Position numbers and translations under genes: made by a program. From an uncultured Chloroflexia bacterium (GTDB lineage: Bacteria > Chloroflexota > Limnocylindria > Limnocylindrales > CSP1-4), in assembly GCA_963837215.1 (NCBI GenBank), contig CAWIML010000009.1, positions 490,883-554,882 of the forward strand: a stretch of DNA of 64,000 bases, written 5' to 3'. The notes below the pieces were generated by a model that made no database searches, was not told the origin of the DNA, and saw nothing but the letters and a program-made list of their open reading frames with translations. This document shows positions 29,985 through 39,678 of the stretch, one piece after another (within the stretch, counting starts at the first letter, position 1; each line of letters opens with the position of its first letter).

Positions 29985-31144
29985 GCCGACCGTGACCGAG
30001 ACGGCGAACGTGGACCCACCGACGACGGACGTTCCGGCGACGCCGCAGCCGGACGCCCGGCCCTATTCCCCGGGCCTCGAGGGCGTCCTGGCCGGCGAGA
30101 CGACCATCGCCCTCGTGGACGGCGCCGCCGGGCGGCTGCTCTATCGGGGCTACGCCATCGGCGACCTCGTCGAGCACGGCACCTTTGCGCAGGTGGCGGA
30201 GCTGCTCTGGACGGGCTCGTGGCCGGCCCAAGCCCACCTGCCATGTTCGCCTCTGCCCGCCGAGGTGGAGTCGGCTCTGCGGCTGCTGCCTCCGGACGCC
30301 CACCCGATGGATGCCCTGCGCACGGGCGTCAGTGCCTGGGGCGCGAGGCAGCACATGGTCTGGCCGCCCACGCTCGAGCAGGCCCGTGCCGTGACGGCCA
30401 TCGCGCCGACGGTCCTGGCCGCGTTCGCGCGCATCCGCCAGGGGCTCGAGCCCGTCGCGCCCGACCCGTCGCTCGGCCTCGCCGCCGGCTTCCTGTATCA
30501 GCTCCGTGACGTCCGCCCGGATGTCGCCTCGGCGCGGGCGCTGGATGCCTACTTCATCGTCGGCGCCGAGCACGGCTTCAACGCCTCGACCTTCGCCGCG
30601 CTCGTCATCACCTCGACCAAGAGCGACCTCGTGAGCGGCATCTGCGGCGCCATCGGCGCCCTCAAGGGTCCGCTCCACGGCGGGGCGCCCTCGGAGGTCG
30701 TGGACCAGCTCAACCAGATCGGCACGCCCGAGCACGCCGAGGCCTGGCTCCGTGACGCGGTCGGACGGGGCGAGCGGTTGATGGGCTTCGGGCACCGCGT
30801 CTACAAGGCCTACGATCCGCGCGCCGCTGCGCTGCGCAAGGTGGCCGAGGGCATGAGCGGCATGGCCGACTGGCTGCGACCTGGCGGTCGCGGTCGAGGA
30901 CGTCGCCCTGCGAGTGCTGGCGGAGATGAAGCCCGACCGGATCCTCAAGACCAACGTCGAGTACTACGCGGCGGCGGTGCTGCAGGGCGTCGGCCTGCCG
31001 CCCGATCTCTTCCCGGCTACCTTCGCCCTCGCCCGCCACGCCGGCTGGACGGCGCACTGCATCGAGTACGCGGCAGACAGTCGACTCATCCGGCCGGACG
31101 TCGTCTACACCGGACCAGCGGAGCGCCCACTGCCCGCCGGATAG
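29983..31144 (+). CDS. Citrate synthase (small type; a 2-methylcitrate synthase is not excluded), with one frameshift at ~30877
   Basis: ORF 29983..31170 (PGLEGVLAGETTI...GAEHGFNASTF...LKGPLHGGA...MGFGHRVYK) is joined after 1 extra nt to DLAVAVEDVALRVLAEMKPDRILKTNVEYY...ARHAGWTAH (ORF 30914..31144). Confidence 0.85.
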
Positions 31145-31178
31145 GTCGGCCGTCAGCCGAGGTCGGCTAGACCCTGGT

Positions 31179-32453
31179 TCAGCTGACCGGCGCCTTGACG
31201 TCGGCCGCGTCGACGACCGTGAGCGGCAGCCGGTCGACCAACGGCTCGGTCCACGCCCAGGCCGAGCCCTGTCGCGCGGCCTCGGTGACCAGCGGCAGGC
31301 CGAAGATCTTGATGAAGCCGACCGCGCTGGCGTGGTCGAAGCGATCTTCCGCCTCATAGGTGGCCAGCGCCCGGTCGTAGAGCGAGAGGTCGCTGCGCCG
31401 CCCGACCACGGCCAGCGATCCGCGGTCGAGGCGCAGGCGGACCTCGCCGCTCACCACCCGCTGGGTCGAGCGGACGTACTCGCGCAGGTCGCGGTGGAGG
31501 GCACTGAACCAGAGGCCGTCGTAGGTCGCCTGGGCCAGCTCGTCGGCCACGAAGCGGTTGAAGCGGAGCTGCTCCTTCGAGAGGGTCAGGCCCTCGAGGG
31601 CGCGATGCGCGGTGTGCAGGATGGCGGCCGCGGGCGCCTCGTAGATCTCGCGGCTCTTGATGCCCACCAGGCGGTCCTCCACGTGGTCGATGCGCCCGAC
31701 CCCGTGCTTCCCGCCGAGCTCGGTCAGGCCGTCCACGATGGCCACCGGGTCGGTCGGGATGCCATCGAGGGCGGTGGGCACACCGCCGGCGAAGGTGACG
31801 GTGACTTCGGCTGGTACGGTCGGCGCGGTGGCCGGATCGACCGTCCACTGGTAGACGTCGGCGGGCGGCGCGGTCCACGGGTCCTCGAGCACGCCGGTCT
31901 CGATGGAACGGCCCCACAGGTTGGCATCGATGGAGTAGGGCGAGGCCTTGGTGATCGGGATCTCGATGCCGCGCGCATCGGCGTACTCGATCTCCTGGTC
32001 GCGCGAGAGGCCCATCCCGACCCGCATCGGGGCGATGACCTCGAGGGAGGGGTCGAGGGCGTGGACGGCGACATCGAAGCGGACCTGGTCGTTGCCCTTG
32101 CCCGTGCAGCCATGGGCGACGGCGTCGGCGTCCTCGCGTTGGGCGACCTCGACCAGGAGCTGCGCGATGAGCGGCCGGGCGAGGGCCGTGGCCAGCGGGT
32201 AGACGCCCTGGTAGAGCGCGTTGGCCTGCAGATTCGGCCAGCAGAAGTCGGTCACGAAGCGCTCTCGGGCATCGATCACGTAGGCCCGTGCCGCGCCGGC
32301 GCTGATGGCCCGACGCTCGACGCCCTCGCGCAGCGACCCGCCACCGACGTCGACGGTCAGGGTCACGACCTCGACCTCGAGCGTCTCCTTCATCCACGAG
32401 ACAGCGACCGACGTGTCGAGGCCGCCCGAGTAGGCGAGGATGACCTTCTTCAT
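31179..32453 (-). CDS. argG: Argininosuccinate synthase
   Basis: ATG at 32453. The sequence reads MKKVILAYSGGLDTSV...HGCTGKGNDQVRF...SIDANLWGRS. It is intact at 424 aa, lying inside the 696-aa track ORF. Confidence 0.92.
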   Translation of the reverse strand: MKKVILAYSGGLDTSVAVSWMKETLEVEVVTLTVDVGGGSLREGVERRAISAGAARAYVIDARERFVTDFCWPNLQANALYQGVYPLATALARPLIAQLLVEVAQREDADAVAHGCTGKGNDQVRFDVAVHALDPSLEVIAPMRVGMGLSRDQEIEYADARGIEIPITKASPYSIDANLWGRSIETGVLEDPWTAPPADVYQWTVDPATAPTVPAEVTVTFAGGVPTALDGIPTDPVAIVDGLTELGGKHGVGRIDHVEDRLVGIKSREIYEAPAAAILHTAHRALEGLTLSKEQLRFNRFVADELAQATYDGLWFSALHRDLREYVRSTQRVVSGEVRLRLDRGSLAVVGRRSDLSLYDRALATYEAEDRFDHASAVGFIKIFGLPLVTEAARQGSAWAWTEPLVDRLPLTVVDAADVKAPVS

Positions 32454-32962
32454 GGCTCTGCTCCCTGTGACTCGCTGGGCAGGCCCTGAAGGGCCCGGAA
32501 TCGTCGATGCCAGGTGACGAGGCGCGCCTTGTCGGCGAAGAGGACGAGGACGGTGTCGTCGCCCGCCAGCGTGCCCTCCTGCTCCCGGAGGCCGGACTGG
32601 TCGATGGCCCGGGCGAGCGTCTGGGCGCTGCCGACCGGCCCACGGAGGACGAGGATCAAGCCGCTCCGCCCGACCGCCACCGGCATCTCGTCGAGCAGGC
32701 GGACGAGCCGTCCGTCCGCATCCGGATCGGGCGCGTTGGCGAGGTCGTCCGGGCTGACGTAAACGTGGCGGTCGCCGCGCACGAGTTTGACCAGACGGAG
32801 CTCGGCCACGTCGCGCGAGACCGTCGCCTGGGTGACGCTGAAGCCCCGCACCGCGAGCTGTTCGACGAGCTCCTCCTGGCTGGCGATCGGCACGCGGGCC
32901 ACGATCTCGAGGACGGCCCGCTGGCGGGCGCGCTTGGTCGTCGGGCCCCCGGAAACGGCCAT
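32450..32962 (-). CDS. argR: Arginine repressor ArgR
   Basis: Motifs RQRAVLEIV...SQEELVEQLAVRGFSVTQATVSRDVAEL and the C-terminal oligomerisation domain GTLAGDDTVLV. It overlaps the argB stop and the argG start. Confidence 0.88.
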   Translation of the reverse strand: MAVSGGPTTKRARQRAVLEIVARVPIASQEELVEQLAVRGFSVTQATVSRDVAELRLVKLVRGDRHVYVSPDDLANAPDPDADGRLVRLLDEMPVAVGRSGLILVLRGPVGSAQTLARAIDQSGLREQEGTLAGDDTVLVLFADKARLVTWHRRFRALQGLPSESQGAEP

Positions 32963-33843
32963 CAATGCTGCTCCGGGATCGCGCCGGCGCGCGATGTCGA
33001 GGCCTGGCCGGCGGTCGTGCCGCGACGAGCGCTCGCGGCGCCATCAGCGTTCCCAGCGCGGACCGTGTCCTCGGCGCGAACGGCATCGGGCACGATGCGC
33101 GTGCCGAAGTCGTCGTCCCCCATGGCGCGCTCCAGGGCATGTGGCGCCGCGCCGTCGGCGATGACCACCGAGCCGGCGCCCGTGATCGCCGAGACGGCGG
33201 AGCGGACCTTGGGGACCATGCCCGAGCCGATGGTGCCGTCGGCGATGAGCGGCTCGACGTCGGCGGCATGGAGGCTCGCGATCCGCACGCCGTCAGTGCC
33301 GAGCACGCCGTCGGTATCGGTCAGCAGGACGAGGCGCTCCGCTCCCAGCCCGCGAGCGAGGCCAGCCGCGACGTCGTCGGCATTGACGTTGCAGACGGTG
33401 CCAGTCGCATCGAGCGCGAGCGGCGCCACGACCGCGAGGCGACCGTCCACGAGCAGCGCGTCGAGCAGGGCGCGACGGACATCCACGACGGTCGCCACCA
33501 GGCCCTTGCCCGGCGACCGCTCGGCGACCAACAGGCCACCGTCCACGCCGGAGAGGCCCACGGCATCAGCGCCTCGCGCGCGCAGTGCAGCCACGAGCGC
33601 CGTGTTGATGGCGCCGCGGAGGACGGCCGCAACGACTTCGATCGAGGCCTCGTCCGTCACGCGGAGGCCGTCCTCGAAGTGGGTCGGCAGCCCGAGGCGC
33701 GTCAGCCACTCGGTGACCTGGCCGCCGCCGCCGTGGACGACGACCATCGGTCGTGAGCGCGAAAGCGCGGCCACCTCGACCAGGACCGCCTCCTGGCTGG
33801 CCACGGTCGTGCCGCCGAGCTTGACGACGACCAGGCCGCTCAT
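32962..33843 (-). CDS. argB: Acetylglutamate kinase
   Basis: ATG at 33843. The sequence reads MSGLVVVKLGGTT...VVVHGGG...NVNADDVA...LLTDTDGV...GMVPK. Confidence 0.9.
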   Translation of the reverse strand: MSGLVVVKLGGTTVASQEAVLVEVAALSRSRPMVVVHGGGGQVTEWLTRLGLPTHFEDGLRVTDEASIEVVAAVLRGAINTALVAALRARGADAVGLSGVDGGLLVAERSPGKGLVATVVDVRRALLDALLVDGRLAVVAPLALDATGTVCNVNADDVAAGLARGLGAERLVLLTDTDGVLGTDGVRIASLHAADVEPLIADGTIGSGMVPKVRSAVSAITGAGSVVIADGAAPHALERAMGDDDFGTRIVPDAVRAEDTVRAGNADGAASARRGTTAGQASTSRAGAIPEQH

Positions 33844-33865
33844 CCGGTTCGGCCGCTGGGCCGCG

Positions 33866-35125
33866 TCACGTCGAGTACGCGCTGTTCTCGAGGACGTACG
33901 CCTCGGTGAGGTCGCAGCCGAAGGCCTCGGCGCTGGCGCCGCCGCGACCGAGGTCGACCTCGATGAGCAGCTCCGGCGCGTCCATCGCCGCCGAGACGGC
34001 CGCCGCATCGAAGGGCAGCGGCAGGCCCGAGAAGACCGCCGCGCCTGCCAGGCCGATGGTCAGCGTCGCCGGGTCGAGGTCGACCGCCGAGCCGTCGGGC
34101 CGCAGGGCCGCACCGGCGGCGGCGGCGACGCGTCCCCAATTCGGGTCGCGGCCGTGGACCGCGGCCTTGAGCAGGTTGCTGGCCACGACCGACCGGGAGA
34201 CGGCCCGGGCGTCGGTCAGGTCGGCGGCACCGGTCACGGCGCAGGTGATGAGGGTCGTGGCCCCTTCGCCGTCCGCGGCCTGCTGGCGGGCGAGCGACCG
34301 GCAGACGGCCGTCAGCGCGGCGCCCAGCTGCGCCGCCTCCGGGCTGCCAGGGCGTGGCGGCTCGGCATCCGAGGCGCCCGACGCGAGCGCGACGACGGTG
34401 TCGTTGGTCGAGGTGTCGCCGTCGACGCTGAGCTGCTCGAAGGTCGCAGCGGACGCCTCATGCAGGAGCGCGTCCAACAGCTCGGGTGATGCCGCGGCGT
34501 CGGTCAGGATGACGGCGATCATGGTCGCCATGCGCGGGTGGATCATGCCCACGCCCTTGGCCACGCCCGAGACGCGGACCTGGCGCATCGAGAGGTCGTC
34601 CGCGGGCAGGGCGATGGTCGTCGTGGCCACCTTGCGCCGGGAATCCGTGGTCATGATGGCCGACCCGAATGCCTCCCAGCCCGACGCGTCGCCACGCAGG
34701 CCATCCGCCGCCAGGAGGGCCAGGCCATCCCGCACCCGATCGATCGGCAGCCGCGTGCCGATGAGGCCGGTCGAGGCGGCCAGCGTCTCGACGATGTCGA
34801 CATCGAGGGTCTTGGCCACGGCCTCGGCGATGGCGGCCTGGTCCGCGTCGCCTGCGGGCCCCGTGGCGGCGTTGGCGCAGCCGCTCGTGACGACCAACGC
34901 CCGCGCCCGGCCGCCCGACTGCTCGAGATGGCGCCGGCTGAGGCGGACGGGCGCCGCCTGGACGAGGTTGGCGGTGAAGACGGCTGCGGCCGTCGCGGGC
35001 TCCGGACCGGGCACCGAGACGAGGGCGAGATCGGGCCGACCACTGGCCTTGATGCCCGCGCTCAGGCCACCCGCTCGAAAGCCTGCCGGCAGCTCGGCTC
35101 GCTCCTCGACGCTCGGCGCGCTCAC
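33866..35125 (-). CDS. argJ: Bifunctional glutamate N-acetyltransferase / amino-acid acetyltransferase ArgJ
   Basis: GTG at 35125. Motifs GFRAGGLSAGIK...TSGCANAATG...KGVGMIHPRMATM (autocleavage site ATM)...DGDTSTND...NWGR. Confidence 0.9.
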   Translation of the reverse strand: MSAPSVEERAELPAGFRAGGLSAGIKASGRPDLALVSVPGPEPATAAAVFTANLVQAAPVRLSRRHLEQSGGRARALVVTSGCANAATGPAGDADQAAIAEAVAKTLDVDIVETLAASTGLIGTRLPIDRVRDGLALLAADGLRGDASGWEAFGSAIMTTDSRRKVATTTIALPADDLSMRQVRVSGVAKGVGMIHPRMATMIAVILTDAAASPELLDALLHEASAATFEQLSVDGDTSTNDTVVALASGASDAEPPRPGSPEAAQLGAALTAVCRSLARQQAADGEGATTLITCAVTGAADLTDARAVSRSVVASNLLKAAVHGRDPNWGRVAAAAGAALRPDGSAVDLDPATLTIGLAGAAVFSGLPLPFDAAAVSAAMDAPELLIEVDLGRGGASAEAFGCDLTEAYVLENSAYST

Positions 35126-35135
35126 GATCGGCAGC

Positions 35136-36272
35136 TCAGGGAAAGAGCGGCAGCTGGTCGAGGCCGGTCGTCTCCGGCTGACCGGTGGCCAGGTTGAAGG
35201 CCTGGACCGCCTGCCCGGCCGCGCCCTTGACCAGGTTGTCGATGGCCCCGATGGCCACGATCCGGCCACTCCGATCGTCGAGCCGCGCGAAGACCCGGCA
35301 CAGGTTGGCGCCGGTCGTCGTCTTCGTCGCAGGCGGCGCCGGGGCGATCGACACGCATGGCTCGTCGGCATAGGCGGCGGCATAGATGGCGTCCACCTCG
35401 GCCTGGTCGATCGGCCGGCTGGGGCGGACGTAGGCGGTCGCGAGGAGGCCTCGCGTCATCGGCACCAGGTGGGGGGTGAAGACGAGCCCCGCCAACGCTC
35501 CGGCGCCGGTGCCAAGGATGGCCAACTCCTGGCGGATCTCCGCGTAGTGCCGGTGACCGCCGAGGCCATAGGCGCGGACCGACTCGTTGACCTCGCTGAA
35601 GTGGGTCTCGAGCTTGGGCTCCCGACCTGCGCCGCTGACGCCGCTCTTGGCGTCCACGACGACGTCCTCGATCAGCCCGGCGCCCGCGAGTGGCGCAAGA
35701 GCCAACAGCGTGGCGGTCGGATAGCAGCCCGGCGAGGCGATGAGGCGGGCGCCGGCGAGGGCGGATCGATGGAGCTCGGGCAGGCCGTAGACCGCAGCGG
35801 GGATGGCGTCACGATCTCGGGTCGCAGGCAGGCCGGCGCCGCCGGGGAGCAGTTCCGGCGTGGGGTGCTCGAATCCGTACCAGGTCGGGTAGTCGGCCGG
35901 GTCGGAGAGCCGGAAATCGGAGCCGAGGTCGATGACCAGGAGCCCGCGCTCGAGGAGCGTCGGCGCGACGGCCGCGGACTGGCCATGGGGCAGGGCCACG
36001 AAGACCGCGTCGAGGCCGCTCGGCTCGGGCAGCTCGCCGTCGATGCGATGGCCGGTCTCGGACAGGTGCCCGAAGGCGTCGCCGACCGGCAGACCCTCAC
36101 GGTTGCGAGCCGCCAGGCCCACGATCCGGACACCGGGGTGCCGCTCGAGGATGCGGATCAGCTCCGCTCCGACGTAGCCGGTCGCCCCCAGGATCGCGAC
36201 GCGCAACCGCTCGTCGGCACGAGGCTCGGTGGCGTCGGCAGTGCGGGTCGAGTCTGGGCTGGCCGTCGTCAT
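35136..36272 (-). CDS. argC: N-acetyl-gamma-glutamyl-phosphate reductase
   Basis: Intact 378-aa ORF with VAILGATGYVGAEL and the catalytic SPGCYPT. Confidence 0.92.
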   Translation of the reverse strand: MTTASPDSTRTADATEPRADERLRVAILGATGYVGAELIRILERHPGVRIVGLAARNREGLPVGDAFGHLSETGHRIDGELPEPSGLDAVFVALPHGQSAAVAPTLLERGLLVIDLGSDFRLSDPADYPTWYGFEHPTPELLPGGAGLPATRDRDAIPAAVYGLPELHRSALAGARLIASPGCYPTATLLALAPLAGAGLIEDVVVDAKSGVSGAGREPKLETHFSEVNESVRAYGLGGHRHYAEIRQELAILGTGAGALAGLVFTPHLVPMTRGLLATAYVRPSRPIDQAEVDAIYAAAYADEPCVSIAPAPPATKTTTGANLCRVFARLDDRSGRIVAIGAIDNLVKGAAGQAVQAFNLATGQPETTGLDQLPLFP

Positions 36273-36274
36273 GG

Positions 36275-36309
36275 ATGCATGAGCATACCGAGATGTGAAT
36301 ATTCATGCA
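36275..36309 (-). promoter_or_regulatory. Tandem ARG boxes (ArgR operator) immediately upstream of argC
   Basis: Read directly: ATGCATGAGCATA (36275-36287) and TGTGAATATTCATGCA (36294-36309, core palindrome TGAATATTCA). Both resemble the TNTGAATWWWWATTCANW consensus. Confidence 0.75.
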
Positions 36310-36313
36310 CCGT

Positions 36314-37495
36314 TCACTCGGAGGGCGTTCTCGATCGGCGGGGCGACGCTGCCGGGACCTCCGGGCTTGCCGGGCCTGCCGACTCATCGTCGACCGCGAA
36401 TACCTCGACGGGCTCGGCGCGGCCCCTGACGGCTACGCGTCCGAGCGAGCGGAAGGCGCTCTGGTCTGCGACCTCACCGGCCGTTTCGGCACTGACCAAG
36501 AGCGAGGCTCCGAGCTCGGGGCTCAACTCCTGAAGCCGGGCGGCGAGGTTGACCGGATCGCCGATCACCGTGTACTCGAGCTTGCGCGTGCTGCCCACGT
36601 TGCCCGCCACGACCTCTCCCGTCGCCACGCCGAAGCCGACGCGCAGCTCGGGCATCTCCGCCGCAGCCTGCTCAAGATTGAACGCTCGGAGCGCTGCCCG
36701 CATGCGCTGGGCGGCTCTTACGGCGCGGCTAGCGTGATCGTCGCTCGGGTTCAGCGGCGAGCCGAAGATCGCCAGGAGGCTGTCGCCTCCGAACTTGTTG
36801 ACGATCCCGCCCTCGGCCTCCACGGCGGCCAGCATGCGGTCGAAGTACCGGTTGAGCGTCCCGATGAGCCGCGCTGGAGGCAGGACCTCCGCGAGCGCCG
36901 TGAAGCGGCGGATGTCCGCAAACAGGACGGTGCAGCGGATGACCTGGCCCTCGAGGTGACCCTCCTGCTCGATGGCCAACCGCGCCACTTCCGGACTCAC
37001 GTACTGGCCGAACAGATCCCGGACCATCACCTCCCGACGGAGCCCAGCGACCATCCGGTTGAAGGCCGCAGCGAGGTGGCCGATCTCGTCGTCACGCGTG
37101 ATCGACGCGGTGGCCGCGAGGTCCCCGGTTTCGACGCGATGCATCGACGCCTCGAGGGACCGCACCGGGCGGACGATCGTGCGCCCGATGTAGAGCGCCG
37201 CCCCGACGCTGAGCATCAGGCTCGCGCCGGCTACCGCGAGCTCGAGCGCGAAGATCGGGACGCCACCGATCGTCTCCGTGGCGGGGGCTGGTTCGCCCGA
37301 CTCGGCACCCTCTGTCGTGCCCTCCTGGTGCACGGGCTCGGGCCCACTGGCCGCCTCGCTGAGCGATAGGGCGGCGAGCGCGCCGATCGGCACGATGCTG
37401 ACGAGGATGAAGGCGAGGACCAACCGGACGACGATCGACGATCGTGCACTCGCAGATGGCCGATCCAGGTCTGGGCCCCCGTGCCTTTCGCTCAT
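36314..37495 (-). CDS. Membrane-anchored class III adenylate/guanylate cyclase with a HAMP domain
   Basis: Intact 393-aa ORF with 2 TM segments, a HAMP domain (RPVRSLEASMHRVETGDL...DEIGHLAAAFNRM) and a cyclase core (VLFADIRRFT...KFGGDSLLAIFG...GDPVNLAARL). Confidence 0.88.
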   Translation of the reverse strand: MSERHGGPDLDRPSASARSSIVVRLVLAFILVSIVPIGALAALSLSEAASGPEPVHQEGTTEGAESGEPAPATETIGGVPIFALELAVAGASLMLSVGAALYIGRTIVRPVRSLEASMHRVETGDLAATASITRDDEIGHLAAAFNRMVAGLRREVMVRDLFGQYVSPEVARLAIEQEGHLEGQVIRCTVLFADIRRFTALAEVLPPARLIGTLNRYFDRMLAAVEAEGGIVNKFGGDSLLAIFGSPLNPSDDHASRAVRAAQRMRAALRAFNLEQAAAEMPELRVGFGVATGEVVAGNVGSTRKLEYTVIGDPVNLAARLQELSPELGASLLVSAETAGEVADQSAFRSLGRVAVRGRAEPVEVFAVDDESAGPASPEVPAASPRRSRTPSE

Positions 37496-37564
37496 GGCGC
37501 GGTCAAGACTACTACCGGGGCGCGCCGCTCCGGATCCTGGCCGAAGGTCGCCCCAAGGTTGCCG

Positions 37565-38110
37565 CTAGCCCGCCTTAGGTGCCAGGACGACGAGGTGGCC
37601 GTGCGGACCGCTTTCGGCGACGACGACCGGCTCGCCGTCGCCGATCCGAAATCGATGACCGATGACGACGTCGCCCGACGCGAGCTGCGCGGTCACTGGG
37701 CAATAGCGCGTGACCGACAGCTCGATGGACTTCCGGACCGCCTCTGGGTCGATCCATTCGCCCTCGATGCGGTGCAGGACGTCGATGCGCCAGAAGGAGC
37801 GCGGATGCTCTTCGCGCTGGTCGCCGCTGACCTCGATGGCGTAGGACTCGACCGGCTGCCGCTTCTTGCGCAGGATCGATGCCACGTCGGCGCCGGTGCA
37901 GGTGCCGAGCGCGATCAGGAGCGCCTCGGTCGGGCGGAGTCCCGCCCGGCCCTCGTCGCCGGCGACCTCGACGTGACCGCCGAGCGTGCTCGTGGCCTCG
38001 AACCCGAGGCCACCCAGCCATCTGACCTGGACGGCTTTGTCGGGCGTGCGGGCAGGCACATCGGGCACGCGCACAGGTTCGTCGGCCAGGCGGGCAGGGT
38101 CGTCTGGCAC
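37565..38110 (-). CDS. OsmC family peroxiredoxin-like protein
   Basis: GTG at 38110, preceded by GGAGG. Motifs RPTEALLIALGTCTG...LSVTRYCPV (the two conserved Cys). It lies downstream of the Fur-family gene. Confidence 0.75.
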   Translation of the reverse strand: MPDDPARLADEPVRVPDVPARTPDKAVQVRWLGGLGFEATSTLGGHVEVAGDEGRAGLRPTEALLIALGTCTGADVASILRKKRQPVESYAIEVSGDQREEHPRSFWRIDVLHRIEGEWIDPEAVRKSIELSVTRYCPVTAQLASGDVVIGHRFRIGDGEPVVVAESGPHGHLVVLAPKAG

Positions 38111-38127
38111 GGGCGAAGACACCCTCC

Positions 38128-38601
38128 TCAGGCCTGGTCGGCCGCGAGGCAGGCGGCGCAGCGACCGGTGACCGTGACGTGGGACAGGTCGACGGCGAAG
38201 CCGCGTCCGGTGCGCATCGCCTCGACCAGGACCGCGGCCTCGTCGGCGTCGATCTCCCAGCTGCCGCCACAGTTGCGGCAGTGCAGGTGGCCGTGATCGG
38301 CGAGTGGCTGGACGTGGAACTCCTCCCGTCCGTCGGCACCATGATGGTGTCGAACGAGACCCAGGTCCTCGAGCACGTCCAGCGTGCGGTAGACGGTCGA
38401 TGGGATGGTCGTCGGATCGATGTCTCGGCAGCGCTCGACCAGCTCGGCGCCAGTCACGTGACCGTCGGTCCCGGACAGGACCTCGATGAGCGTCCGGCGC
38501 TGCGGCGTCCAGCGCAGGCCGCGCGCGTGGAGCGCGTCGCGCACGCCACCCCAGCCGGCAGCCATCTGACTCGGCCCGGGCGATCGCTCCGTGCTCACCA
38601 T
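38128..38601 (-). CDS. Fur family transcriptional regulator, possibly peroxide- or metal-responsive
   Basis: Intact 157-aa ORF with RWTPQRRTLIEVL...STVYRTLDVLEDLGLV...HLHCRNCG...RCAAC. Confidence 0.8.
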   Translation of the reverse strand: MVSTERSPGPSQMAAGWGGVRDALHARGLRWTPQRRTLIEVLSGTDGHVTGAELVERCRDIDPTTIPSTVYRTLDVLEDLGLVRHHHGADGREEFHVQPLADHGHLHCRNCGGSWEIDADEAAVLVEAMRTGRGFAVDLSHVTVTGRCAACLAADQA

Positions 38602-38608
38602 GCGACCG

Positions 38609-38630
38609 AGTATAGGTGCGTCCTGGACGC
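38609..38630 (-). promoter_or_regulatory. Leaderless-type promoter (TATACT -10, 7 nt before the ATG) plus an adjacent 13-bp palindrome GCGTCC-N-GGACGC
   Basis: Read directly on the minus strand: GCGTCCAGGACGC ACC TATACT CGGTCGC ATG. Confidence 0.45.
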
Positions 38631-38652
38631 GGATGGGCGGCGGCCCGATAGC

Positions 38653-39678
38653 CTAGGCGCGGACCTCCTGGCGCATGAAGGCGACGTAGGCGAGCGCGAA
38701 ACAGGCCACGGTGAGCGCGACCAGGACCACGACCTGCGGCCAGACCACGAGCAGGCTCTGATCGAACGAGCAGCGTCGACGGGATCGCCCGGTCGGCCTG
38801 GTGACGCGAGGACGACGCCGGTCGTCGCGCACGCTCGGGTCGAGGATGGCCTGCGGTGCTCTCGGTGAAGATCTGTCCCGGGAAGAGCCGTCGCACAGAT
38901 CCTGGTGCGAGCGTCGCGTTGGCGAGCTGCTCGTCGGCGGTCGGGTTGGCCGATAGTGGCGCAAGGGCATCGGCGACGACGCCGACGAGGACGGCCGAAG
39001 AACGGTCGAGCGATGAGCCAGACGGAGAGGGCCGCCAGGGCTGACGCTGCGGCGCGCCGGAAGGACGACCGAGAAGAGCGTCGCGAGCGCGAGCCAGAAG
39101 CCGACGTAGACGACCGCGACGAGATACCAGACGCCCAGGCGGAGCGAGGTCCTCCGGCGCTGGGCACGACGCCGAGGCTGCACGATCGCCGACGGCGGCG
39201 AGGACGCACCATGATCGACGCCCAGGATCGAGCGCGATGGCCGCGAGAGCCGCCGACGAACTTGCCGTTGATGACGTCGTCGCGCTAGATGGGCTGGGAC
39301 AGCGAGGCGCGGCAGCGTTCCCTCGGCGCGCTCGCCGTTGATGGCGTCGAAGCCGAAGGCGATGCCGAGCAGCGGGCCGAGAAAGGCGATCCAGGTGACA
39401 AGCGGGGGCAAGTTGTCGGAGCCGACCGTGAAGAGCTTCAGGAAGATGGCCGGCGAGCCGGTCGCGGCCGGCGCGAGGTCGCGGATGCCCCCACTGGTGG
39501 CGACCACTGAGGCGACGGCAGCCAGGCCGAGGCCGAGCATGAGGAGCAGGAAGCGAAGGCTGTGAAGGTGATCCGCGAGCTCCTTGTCCGCGATGATCCG
39601 CCATCCGCCACGGAGCGGCACGGATGGCACGACATCGCCCGGTGGGAGGGTCGTCGTCGGCTCAGGCGGCGGGCGCAT
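38653..39678 (-). pseudogene. ABC-2 family permease (NosY-like), heavily disrupted: at least 6 clear frame changes (perhaps ~15) and an in-frame TAG at 39285-39287
   Basis: Recognisable pieces sit in all three frames: ...FDAINGERAEGTLPRL / SLSQPI*RDDVINGKFVGG / LRLGVWYLVAVVYVGFWLALATLFSVV / AVLVGVVADALAPLSANPTADEQLANATLA / FDQSLLVVWPQVVVLVALTVACFALAYVAFMRQEVRA. Confidence 0.65.

Noticed and set aside
31145-31178. The hairpin AGCCGA-GG-TCGGCT (31155-31168) between the convergent citrate synthase and argG genes, as a bidirectional terminator.
   Set aside because: The 6-bp stem has only a 2-nt loop and there is no U-tract. The evidence is too weak to call, although some termination signal must exist here.
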